Below are positions 10,001-20,000 of a stretch of 20,000 nt of DNA, one piece after another. Every line of letters begins with the position of its first letter. Within the stretch, counting starts at the first letter, position 1. The stretch spans positions 47,027 to 67,026 of the forward strand of contig CAJVPI010000050.1 of the NCBI GenBank assembly GCA_910592345.1, written 5' to 3'. This DNA is from Paraglomus brasilianum (lineage: Eukaryota). A program made the translations under genes and the position numbers. The notes under the pieces were generated by a model. It did not search any database and was not told the DNA's origin. It saw only the letters and a list, made by a program, of their open reading frames with translations.

Positions 10001-11301
10001 AATTGTTAGGGCAGCTGCGTGTAGAGCTTTTGGAGTGTTTATTCAGTTTCCTAGTTTACATGAGGTAATGAGCTAGTTGACATTTTTAGTGTTGAACCTG
10101 TATGATTGTCACTATTGTCATTATTTATCATTTTGTAGAACTGTTTATTACATCTGTTAATATTATTGTTTCCTCCACAGGATACATCATTTATCACAGA
10201 TATGGCTGTGTCAATTTTTGAGCAAATTTCAAATACTAATCTAATGGTCCGAATGCGAAGTAGCTGGGCACTTGGAAATCTATGTGACACGCTAGTTAAT
10301 TTGAGGTTCTATTAACGTCTGATATTTTTAGGGTTTATCATGGAATAGTATTTTGGTTTACTTATACATCAACTAATACAGCAGCGACGCAGAGCGTCTG
10401 ATGGAGTTTCTAACGGAAGACATATGGATACGTTTGCTACGTGCCGGATTAGCTGCATCAAACGATAATGACAAGGTTTGCGGGTTTAAAACTGATTGAA
10501 CACTACTATTATCAGTTTATAATCTTTTCATAATAGGTGAGACCAAATGGAGTGAGAATTCTTGGAAGCGTATTGCGGATAGGTCCGAAGACATATCTGA
10601 TGAAGGAGCATAATGGATTGGTGAGGGAAGCAGTTCTTATGATTATTAAAAATTTTGAGTACAGTTCATTAAAGGTAAGCATTCTTATTGAGCATTGATA
10701 CGAGCCTGCGATATTTGTAATTGATGTAAACTTGTTATTTGCATAGGTTCGGTGGAATGCGTGTTATGCGGCTGCAAATATGCTGCGTAATGTTCATCTG
10801 CCTATAAGTTCTGATACATGGGCAAATATGTTATATGAAGCTCTGATTAAGGCTATGACTTCAGCCAAAAATTTTAAAGTACGGATTAATGCATCCCTTG
10901 CATTGTCTTCTCCCGTTGCTCGTGATAAGTATGGGAACCAGCAAACGTTGGCGAAAGTGTTTGAGGCGGTTGTGTATGCTCTGGAGAATGTGGAAAGTAT
11001 GGCTGGTGCAGGATTCCAGGAATTTAAATATCAGGAACAATTGAGAATGCAGGTAAATGGTGAACGCGCGAGGATCTAATGTGTGTCATTAACAGACAAC
11101 ATACTGATATGTCTGGGTTTTTATCCAATATCTTTCGTGGTTGTTAATAATCCTCTTTGTACTTTGCAGTTGATATCTACATACGATCATCTCAGCGGCC
11201 TGTTAAATGAGGGCGAGAAAGCTCAGTATCAATCGCTCATTGATAGAATCATTCAGTCGCCCGGATATAATAAAGTTAAAAACGATATGCCTGAGATTTA
11301 A
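7045..11301 (+). CDS. HEATR6: HEAT repeat-containing protein 6 homologue (DUF4042), ~973 aa. Exons: 7045-7311, 7389-7547, 7633-7836, 7901-8048, 8179-8344, 8418-8475, 8555-8742, 8825-9051, 9118-9388, 9465-9615, 9701-9865, 9942-10064, 10181-10305, 10382-10475, 10537-10674, 10747-11052, 11170-11301
   Basis: 17 phase-consistent GT-AG exons total 2922 nt. HEATR6-type motifs: SSDSELSD, RIRLNALGCLQ, LDGSKKYLSVADD, SFTSLSAKLG.LVRELH, VRAAACRAFGVF..FPSL, SWALGNLCDTL, DNDKVRPNGVRILG, KVRWNACYA, KNFKVRINASLAL. Confidence 0.92.
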
Positions 11302-11359
11302 GATAAAGTAAACTGTTGAATCTTGGTATATTAGAGATGGACATTCATTTATTTATTGC

Positions 11360-12930
11360 GACAGAGTCAGATAATTGGGGAAGAAAAGGCTAATAGTTTC
11401 AACTATGCGATTCACTGGATTGATGCTAATACTTGGGTCCATTTACATATCACGGTCCGAATGAAACTCAGGAATTTATAAGGCATCGATCAAGAGTTAG
11501 CTCGAATAAATAAAGTTTTTGCTAACAAGGCTGAGCGTATAGTAAACACTGAATACCTAAAAAAATGTAATAGATCAAAGAATGTTGGATTTGTAATAAA
11601 GGTTTAAATGGTGTGGTGATACGTCTGGGATCATCGTCATGGTACTGGTAAGTTTCGTGGTGTATCGCACAATAGAAACTGCATATCACAATAGTATTTC
11701 ATAATTTCGGCTATTATTCTCACTTGATTGTGAACCAGTAGGACGCTCAGTTAATGTGAAGCATATAGAAGTTACTGCGGGAAGCGTTACAAGTCTATAA
11801 AGGTAGGTCAATTGAGATATACCGACTGCATGCAGTTTATGAACGCATCCTCGCCGAAAATTTAGGTGCCGTATAATATAAGGATAAAAACTGTATCTGT
11901 AACCATTTCCACCGAATAGATATCGATGCTTCGGTACTCTTGGATGCCATAAAATAACATGCTAGCATTAACACTGGTATGTCGTAAAGGAGTCTATCCT
12001 TATGAATAAATTGACTCACTGGAGAGGTTCTGAACTCCCGACATTTCATGAATTTCACAACAGCTTAAGGGAAAAATCTGTCAGGAAGATTACGATCATG
12101 CGCAAAAAGTATGGAAAGAATTTGGACGCAAGAATTATCTAAAAAAACTGAATACTTACAAATATTTGGATGAGATATTATAAACTCGATCCAAGTCGTT
12201 ATATGTCTTATCATAGATGCGATGCTAAAAATGTCTGAGTAGATCACTGAAATGTCAATGTACGATTTATCGAAAAGCACGGCCAAAAGAAGGAAATCAG
12301 CACTTTTTCAACCTATTTCCTCCCTTTCCTCTACTGATAAATCCCCCATTTCTTTTTCTAATTTTAAAAACGTTGGAGGAATGGCAGACATCGAAACGAT
12401 ACTTTAAGGCAAATAATCCAAAATGGGTACAGATTTTGATCCGTCCCAACCCACGACTTGGATAACATATGTCGATGCGAATAATTTATACGGGTGCGCT
12501 ATGAGTCAATTCCTACCAATTACTATCGGTGGGTATAAATGGGTTGCAAGCAGAGAATATCGAAACAGCCAGCTGTGCAGAAAAAGTTTCTCAATATGAT
12601 TCTCACAACCAAGGCAGATGCACAATGGGTAAATATCAAGACGCATTTACGGAAAGCACTCACGATTAACTCAATGAGCTACTTCCAGCTGTCAATAATA
12701 TTGCGATGAAACGAGATTGGCTCAGTCACAAGAACTAGTAACGTTTGATAGAGAACCAATTTTCAGAAACAAAAAAAAAATTATATTTTATCTTGGCAAG
12801 CGAGAATATTATATGATCCATTATCACGAATTACAATATTATGCATGGTTGTGGAGTGGATAGTTACGGAATATTATCATTCAAAGAAACTAGCTAGCTC
12901 GTACCTTATGTAAAATCCAATACCGAACAC
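11360..12930 (+). mobile_element. Pseudogenised protein-primed family-B DNA polymerase of Maverick/Polinton(-like virus) type with an endonuclease VII-like domain
   Basis: Ordered motifs across frameshifts and stops: CWICNK (~11583), WDHRHGTGKFRGVSHN (~11626), VFHNF.GY.SHLI, D.MQFMNAS, RKGVYPYE*IDS (~11983), DYDHAQKVWKEFG, KRYFKANN, YVDANNLYGCAMSQFLP (~12468, motif A), YMIHYHELQYY, LVPYVKSNTE. Truncated before motifs B/C. Confidence 0.88.
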
Positions 12931-12932
12931 TG

Positions 12933-13008
12933 AATTATTATTATTTTATTATTTTATTTTTTATATTTATATTTATTTTATTTTATTTATTTATTTTTTA
13001 ATTTATTG
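12933..13008. repeat. AT-only low-complexity tract, (TTTTA/TTA)n
   Basis: About 75 nt of almost pure A/T directly at the PolB breakpoint. Confidence 0.85.
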
Positions 13009-13376
13009 CTCGTTTGTTTTTCGCTTATGTTTACGTGTATTGTGAGGGTTCAGAGTCCGAACAGTTTGTTTTTTTTTTAATGAATAATGCGGTGTATTTA
13101 TAAGACTATGAAGAATGTCCGAAAATATCAGGATGTCAAAATTATGTCTGAATAGTGATGGCGACGAGAAGAAATTCCGCAAACCATCATTCAACATGCT
13201 AGACAATTTTCAGATACTTTTATTGATACTGACAGAGACCGAAGACATCTGGCAGAAAGACCAGACATCTATGATATGGGACCTAGGTAAATTAATAACT
13301 GAATCAATCCATATTCGAGACAAAATGTAATATCTGATGGTTCTAATTTTTTTGAACCTAGTGCTGTTTTATAATA

Positions 13377-13635
13377 CACTGTGCCGGTGGTGACAAATCC
13401 TACTTTTCTGAGCAACTACAGCAGATAATTAAATAAAACTCGATGTATAAAAGCCTCAAAGGTACATTGACTGTAAAAATTTTAGTATGGGAATTCTATC
13501 CCCATTTTTTCCCAATGATCAATTCACGTTTATTTTTCATAAACCGTACTGTTTCAATAGGAATTGCTTTCCATTCTTCAATTAAAAACTGCTTTAATTT
13601 CTCAATATCTGTCTTTCAACTTTATTCCTAATTAT
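13377..13635 (-). mobile_element. 3' end of a Tc1-like DNA transposon
   Basis: Minus strand encodes ..RNKVE..DIEKLKQFLIEEWKAIPIETVRFMKNKRELII..GDRIPY* (stop 13482-13484), a Tc1 transposase C-terminus. Terminus-like TA|CACTGTGCCGG at 13375-13387. Confidence 0.75.
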
Positions 13636-13713
13636 TTAACTAGGTTTCGTGTCCTTTATTAGATGCAACTAAGGTGGACCTCTAAAGCTGCTTTAATTAT
13701 TTGACTAGGGTAG

Positions 13714-14565
13714 TGTCGTGCCGACTACTGCGGGAGAGCAGAAAGTGATCGACACATGGGATTTAACTAGTCTCGACGGAGCGCGCCTCCTATTCAAGTT
13801 AAATATCTAATTTCACAGTTAGTGACCTTGTAATCGCAAGGCTTTTCACTTACGGGCTTTTTCACCGTAGAATGACATTTATCCTAGATATAGAATCGTT
13901 CTCGAGTGTATCGGCGGTTATTACCGAGGGATTAATCCGGTAATCTCCCGTTTGGGATACAATGGTTTATCACTTAGATTGAACGCGTTCGAAAGTTAAC
14001 GATTAAATATCCTAATTTGCCACTCAGATAATTGTGGGACAAGAGGCAATTATCCTTGGTTGATATACGGATAAAACGGTTTCTCAGATATATCAACCAA
14101 TTTAGAGAATAGGGTCAAAAGTATATGTTCAGAGTAAATGCGATACTCGTTTATTAACAATAAGGTATGGATATAAGATACTATGCGAAACACTGCGAAC
14201 AATAACACACATAACACACCGACTCTCGCTGAAACTCCTACTGCTTATATATCTTTTGAGCGGTCTAATCGATCTATTTTTAGCAGCTATTTCTAATATT
14301 CTATCGATAGTCTAATTGTATACGTTTGAATAAACCGAAGCGCTCTGCCAATGTCCGTTCTCCGTTCCGGCACTGCTCTGGCACTGCTCGTACTACTAGT
14401 GCCGAAATATTACAGTATTAGTAACACTAATAAGTGCCCGTACTCCACAATAATATTTGTACTCCTGACAGTGCCTGTACTACCCATGCTGAAATCCGCA
14501 GCTGCGCCGGTGTTACCGCCGATTGATTTGGACTGCGGCACCGTCACAGATTGCAGCGCATCACA
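13714..14565 (-). mobile_element. Isolated LTR, copy 1 (852 bp)
   Basis: TG...CA ends; inverted homology to 16774-17580; TATATAAG (14244-14251) and AATAAA (14150-14155) on the minus strand. No matching target-site duplication. Confidence 0.8.
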
Positions 14566-15155
14566 ATCCCCTATCATGAGATTTAGCTGCAAATCAATGA
14601 CCAAGAATTAGAAATTTTGATGATGCAGACATCATTCCAAATGTCATATTTCAATCGACTGATGAACCACAGGTGATTGATGCCATAATAAGGGCATCAT
14701 TACCACAGTTAGGTGATGATAATTGGCTTCTCTTAGGATTCACAAATGAAACTGAAGGCCAGAGACAAAGGGTATTCCTGCAGATTGTGGACAACAATGG
14801 CCCATATACATTTCTAATGATCTTTGAAGGTATGTAAATATATCACATGTACTTTTTATCTTAAAATATATTGTAAGTGTAGCCTCATTAAATTTGTAGT
14901 GCAGCAACAATGCATCGACCTAGGAATTATATGTCACAAAGGCTTTTGCTGCAAGTATTGATGATATGCAACAATCTCCCCTTTCAACTTCACATACATC
15001 ACCTATTTTGTTGCCATCAATACCCACCATTTTGCCATCATCCTCTTCTTCTTTGCAACAATCTATTATACCTCCATCATCTCAGCCAAATCCTTATCAG
15101 ACCAACAGTCATTAGACACATTATTACACACAACAATACATGCGAGTATGAATAA
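14566..15155 (+). pseudogene. Spliced gene relic of unknown family, truncated by the LTR
   Basis: Frame PLS*DLAANQ*PRIRNFDDADIIPNVIFQSTDEPQVIDAIIRASLPQLGDDNWLLLGF..; GTATGT..TTTGTAG intron at ~14830-14899; S/P-rich downstream part. The two TGA stops are consistent with CGA deamination. Confidence 0.5.
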
Positions 15156-15318
15156 TACCATTTTTTGATCCACACTCTATTGAATATAACAGAAAGCCAA
15201 CAAATGTAGATTGTAATCCACAATCATAGTTTACTAATTAATGACTTACTAATATGGGCTGAGGATGCAAGTATTGTGGATATGCTAGCAACACCTGTTA
15301 TCACAATATAAAAATAAC

Positions 15319-15448
15319 AAAACTGCAAAACTGCAACCTGAGATGCTGAGATGTAATTTATTACCATATATAGTATTATTGACTGTGATCCCTTCTATAT
15401 ATGGAAACAAGACTTCCTCAGTATCTCAGTACCTCAGTATCTCAGTAC
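15319..15448. repeat. Cluster of 8-bp tandem repeats
   Basis: (AAAACTGC)2 at 15319, (CTGAGATG)2 at 15338, and the inverted-related (CTCAGTAY)4 at 15417-15448. Confidence 0.75.
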
Positions 15449-16326
15449 CTTAGACTTTAGATCACTGATCCTTGAGATAAGAAAATCTAGTCAGTCTGGT
15501 TTATAACTTATAAGGCATCTATTAGATTACAAGTGGGAAAAATTAAAATTACTAAATGAAGCAAAATGATTGAAGTCAAACTGTTTATTACAGAGTTACT
15601 TGACTTGTAGTTGCACATAATCTTACCAGATACTAATAATAACATGACTACTTTCAGAATATAGTAAATCCAATTACTGCAAACAGAAAATTTTATTACA
15701 ATATTTCCAAAAAGTTTTGTAGTACAGGCATGCATAGGAAATCATTTTCTTTTTGGTAAAGGAAGCAAATTTTACTCTGTAGTAAATTTGTAGTTGTCTC
15801 ATAGCTATCTCTGTCTGTGTATAAGTGTTGCTCACCAACTTTTTATAAGGCATTCATGGATGTATTCTCTACTACTGCTTTTATTGATTTTATTATGTAA
15901 ATTTTATTATTTTTATTTTATCACATGATGTGACTGTAAGGAGGTAAATTTTCATATATGGGCACTGATCTATCAAAATGGCAGTTATTGCATGATGGCA
16001 ATCACTGAGAAATTTAGATGCAAAGATTTGGGGGTTTTTTGACAGCAATAACCCCTTCTCAGGATAACCCCAAATTGGCATGAGATGTATTGTAACAAAT
16101 GATATGCACAAATATTTGGGGTTTGAATTTCGAAGTCTGGGGTCTGATGCATGGAATGGCCCTTGTATTACTCAACTTCAAACTGTTGTAGAGAAAGGTT
16201 TTACTAATGTACTTGAGGTAAAAATTATCAAGATATGTAGAGGGGACTGCTGAGAACATGTCTATGCAAAAAAAAAATTTGCATAACCATAATGATAACT
16301 GCCTTTTTGATAGATTAGTGCCCATA

Positions 16327-17886
16327 TGGGTTGTTGCAAAAAGATTGGTACCTCAGATATTGCATCAATAAAAAAATTTTTTATTATGTAATTTTTTTTT
16401 ATTTAATAAATATTATCAGTATATATTGGGAAAGATATGATATAAATATTACCTTAAATTACATGATCATCATCAGAACTACTATAAGCATCAAATTTGT
16501 TATCAATAAATCGTATGTTTTCATCAGACTCAAAATATTCCTTAGCATTTTTAAGGGCTCTTCTCCAAAGTCCTACAATAACTTTTGAAGAAATTTTTTC
16601 TTTAAATGCATTTAGTAGTGTATTTCTAACAGATAAAAGGTTTGTATGTGGGCATGCAACTTCACCCTACCAAATACCTTCAATAGGGTGTAGTTTGCAA
16701 TGGTAGGGTGGGGTAAAATTGACTTCATGTTCATACTGTTCTGCAATTTTAACACAAGCAAATGGGACACCACTGTGATGCTATGCTATATAACAGTGAC
16801 ATATTCTCTCCTTTATTTCTCCCTATGTGTGCCTAAATAAAGACCTCGAAACCTCTCCTTTATTTCTGCATTCCTCTGATGCACAGCTGTGGAAATCGGT
16901 AGCAGAGGTACAAATGATTCAGGGTCAAGCAGTGCAAGTTGTACGAGAATTTATAGTACAGGGGCACAAGCACCACTGCAGCACCACTGCAGCAGTGCTG
17001 CAAAAGTCATAATTGAAATAGTTGCTAAGAATAGATCAATTAGTCTGCTCAAAAGATATATAAGTAGTGTAGATTTCAATTAGATAGAGGTCAGCCAATA
17101 AGCATCTAATTACTCTCGATTCCTTTATTGTAAATAAAAGAGTAGTTCTTTATACTCTGACATACATTGTTAATAATTCATTCTCTGGTAACTTATTGGT
17201 ATAGCTGAGAAACTGCTAATTCATATATCGATGAAGAATAATCACCTCTTGTCCCGCGATTATTCGAGTGGCAAATTATGATAATTAATTGTTATGTAAC
17301 TGCGCGTTATTATGATTTATACACCATTGTACCCCAGGCGGGAGACTATCAACTCTTTATCCCACAATAGTAACTGATAGACATACTCGAGTACAATTAT
17401 TATATCTAGGATCAGCATCATTCTATGATGAAATAGTTTGTAAGTGGAAAGCCTTGAATTAACAAAGTCACTAACTGTACCCGAGATATTTAACGTGAAT
17501 AGTCGGCACCACACTCCATTGAGACTAGTTAAATCCCAAGTGTCGATTACTTTCTGTTCTCCCGTGTAGTCGGCATGACACCACCCTCCCCCAACTGTAC
17601 TTTCCCCTATGAGCAACACACTTGCATAGTGTGACCTTCTGATGATCCTCCTTTTTAGAGTTAGCCCCCAAAAAATAATTGTAAATGCTAATAATCATCA
17701 ACTTTTAATTATCAGTTAATGGTGCACCACTCCGTTTTGTAGAGGAAATATCCATGGTAGGGTAAGATAATATTAGAAAAAAATGTTTATTCAAAGTCGT
17801 TTTAATATATATTTTTTTTGACCCACCTTGCTTTGGTCGCACAGTATTTGTCTTGGGTGAGGTACCAATCTTTTTGCAATGGCCCA
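16327..17886 (-). mobile_element. Internally deleted IS630/Tc1/mariner element with both TIRs, interrupted by a solo LTR
   Basis: 29-bp TIRs TGGG(TTG/CCA)TTGCAAAAAGATTGGTACCTCA at 16327-16355 and 17858-17886 (26/29 identical), flanked by TA. Transposase N-terminus from ATG 17755 (MDISSTKRSGAPLTDN*KLMII..IGESTVG); C-terminus FTPPYHCKLHPIEGIW..* (stop 16454-16456). Confidence 0.9.
16774..17580 (+). mobile_element. Solo LTR, copy 2 (807 bp), with 4-bp TSD CCAC
   Basis: TGTGATG...ATGACA; CCAC at 16770-16773 and 17581-17584; TATATAAG at 17057 and AATAAA at 17133; homologous to 13714-14565. Confidence 0.9.
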
Positions 17887-17888
17887 TA

Positions 17889-17947
17889 TCTACTATTTAT
17901 CAGTTTTACTGTGTCTTGTGATAGGGACTATAAGCAAATTGGGACTG
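17889..17947 (-). mobile_element. Orphan TIR-like terminus of a further Tc1/pogo-type element
   Basis: Minus strand reads TA|CAGTCCCAATTTGCTTATAGTCCC; no partner TIR found. Confidence 0.4.
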
Positions 17948-18139
17948 TATAGAGGTAAATTAACATATTGTAAAAATTGAACCTGCATTTTTAAAGTTTG
18001 TTGCCTCAACTCAGCCTATAACATCTATTTGTGCAATGTAAACCTTTTCTTTTTCTAATGTAGACTTTTCCTTTTTATTATCTTTTGGCAATGATCAACA
18101 CCAAAATGCCTTTTGATTTTAAAGTTACTAGCTACTAGT

Positions 18140-18966
18140 AGCTATTGCATTGGCATTATCATAAAGTTGTTTATTTAGAATCTGATGATATAAGTGGCAG
18201 TCAAGGTTTTCAGTAAAGACATATAGACTGACTTTTCTTTTAAAATTGATAGCACCCCAAACATGGACTTCAAAAAGGTGTTTTACCATAGGTTGGGCAG
18301 GCTTTTTTTCATGAGACCATGCCAACATCATATTGCAAAACATCTGGAGAGTTGTTTCATCCAAAAAAGACAACTTTCTTCCAGTTGTAAGGCTTGTGAT
18401 CATGTGCTCTTAATAAGTGATTAAGTCTTTGCTTATAAGAAGAAAGAAGCTTTTCTTGGAAGAATTGAGATATAACCAAGATGAGAAAGCTCACAATGGA
18501 TAATTCTATCACTACATCAAAAGTTTGATACTTTTCTTCCAAGATAGTCTTCATTTCAGTAGTCGTTGTATAATGGTTGCTTTTGATAATCATCCCAAGC
18601 TGGCATTGTTTTTCTGAAGTTAATTTTTTTGGGTGGCCAGATTTATGAATTTCGCATAGTTTGCCACTTTTCTTTAATAAACTGACATATCATTGACATG
18701 TACATAGTAGGATACCAGTTTTGCTTGAAATTTCTTTTGGAGTACAAATATTTTGCTGTCAAAGTAAGTTAACAATGGAATGGTTTGTTTTCACAGGGTT
18801 TGGAGACATTTTACAAAGCAAAATAAACAAAAGATGATAATAATGTTTACTGTTTATTTGTTTATCTTTTATTTTTGTAACCTTAATTATCCGATTTGCT
18901 AACAAAACTGGTCTATGTGTATTTGAATAATTCTAGACAATGCACCATTATTTTTGCTGGGGACTG
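18140..18966 (-). mobile_element. 5' half of a Tc1-like transposon (pseudogenised)
   Basis: Terminus TA|CAGTCCCCAGCAAAAATAATGGTGCA at 18966; ATG at 18809; HTH region ..SGHPKKLT..; NWKKVVF(S)DET first catalytic Asp; VHVWGAIN; truncated before the second Asp. Confidence 0.88.
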
Positions 18967-19015
18967 TATATATAATCAGGGCAGTGTATAGAAAGGTGTT
19001 TTACACTTTGCCAAT

Positions 19016-19860
19016 TCAAAGGCAAGCTATGCTAGAAGAGCCATCCATATGCACAGGACAATTATCAACTATCAGTAGTGACTTCTGGGATACATTATTA
19101 TCCCACTTCAACCATTCATTCCACTTTTCCATAGTCATCCAAGCTTTTGTATTACTGGAGTACTGAACAGGCAATGTAGCTATGTTGACTTTTTTAAAAC
19201 AAGGTTTAATTTTTTTCATTCCTGTTGCATTGCAGCAAAGTAAGATGGTAACTCGTTCTTTGTCCTTTGATGCAAGCATTTTGTTTGGAGCAAGTCGAAA
19301 GAAAAGTCCTGTCTTGTCTGCATTGTAAACATTTTCAATGTTAAACACAGCTATTATCTCTTGTAGATTTTTCCTTCCATTTTCTACTTGATCAAGAAGT
19401 ACCTTTGTTTTCACCTGTGATGTATTTGCTACTGATATTATATCTTTCCTGAAATTTTTTCAACAATCCATTTGATGCTTCAAATTAGAAAGTTGTGCCA
19501 TTTTTTTTAGTTTATTATAGATTTGACTGCTTTTACTTTCAATATGTCCTGGGAGATGGGAATATTCCAACTGTGTAAACTTTGAAACTACTTGTATAAT
19601 GCCTCTTCTAATGAAGGAAATTGTGCTACCTGAATATGAGTCTTCTTCAGATCTGAATGTTTTATGCTTGCATGCAATTGTAAAAAATTATCTTTCTTTT
19701 GAAGAATGCTACTTATAGTTGAACAGTCTACACCAAACCAGTTGCTAGTTTTTCATTGCATAGGTTTACTATTACATCAGTTTCTTTTCTCTTAATGATG
19801 TTTACTTTATCCTCAAGTGATAAATTCTTCCTTTCTTTGTCTATCTGTGTTACTGGTGTA
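19016..19860 (-). mobile_element. pogo/Tigger (Tc5-like, DDE_1) transposase pseudogene, 3'-truncated
   Basis: CENP-B N-terminal HTH (RKNLSLEDKVNII), second HTH (FPSLEEALY..IPISQDILKVKA..FEASNGLL..F), YNADKTGLFF, KERVTILLCCNATG, NTKAWMT, LLIVDNCPVH. Confidence 0.92.
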
Positions 19861-20000
19861 AATAGCCGATTTTGCTATTTACTACGGAATTGTTTAATTG
19901 GTCAAAAATTCACTCCCATGTACTTTAGAGTTGGTGAAACGCATGTATTCTGCGGCGCTTTTGTATAACTTAGATTCGAACACCAACTTGATCACTTGAT

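Noticed and set aside
7753..10290. Minus-strand ORFs overlapping HEATR6 (and those overlapping kinesin and PolB)
   Set aside because: Shadow ORFs antisense to well-supported plus-strand coding sequence.
13010..13370. LINE 3' end (next to the AT tract) or Helitron fragment
   Set aside because: No diagnostic motif in any frame.
14566..14575. AGGGGAT (minus) as a polypurine tract of LTR copy 1
   Set aside because: It is short, and the plus-strand reading frame of the adjacent gene relic runs up to the LTR edge.
15417..15448. CRISPR-like array
   Set aside because: 8-bp tandem units with no spacers, in a eukaryotic context.
15500..16325. Minus-strand ORF fragments
   Set aside because: Probably decayed TE coding sequence, but no RT, RNase H or DDE motif could be identified.
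17226..17238. ATCGATGAAGAA resembling the 5.8S rRNA signature
   Set aside because: Only 12 nt, flanks do not match rRNA, and it is not conserved in the other LTR copy.
17581..17600. GGGGGAGGGTGG (minus) as a polypurine tract, and TGGTGTCCC at 16764-16772 as a tRNA primer-binding site
   Set aside because: Both flanks are transposase coding sequence (ESTVG.RVVS / VPFAC), and the CCAC duplication explains the junctions.
17705..17887. Minus ORF MGHCKKIGTSPK.. as a gene
   Set aside because: Its start is the TIR sequence itself; the transposase ATG is at 17755.

Overview
Eukaryotic, intron-rich fungal DNA; the gene and transposon styles suggest Mucoromycota/Glomeromycotina (inference). Two host genes lie on the + strand: the 3' part of a kinesin-5 (BimC/KIF11) gene (<1-2895) and a complete 17-exon HEATR6 homologue (7045-11301, ~973 aa). 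The kinesin gene contains a minor-spliceosome (U12-type) AT-AC intron at 1940-2010. Between the genes are pogo/Tigger relics, diverged direct repeats, a small intronless HTH-like ORF and a possible Penelope-like relic with a degenerate hammerhead motif. After HEATR6 comes a decayed Maverick/Polinton-type PolB. The rest is a largely CpG-depleted nest of Tc1/mariner and Tigger relics with two inverted, related LTRs whose conserved half shows covarying hairpins. All family assignments come from motif recognition by eye, not database searches.
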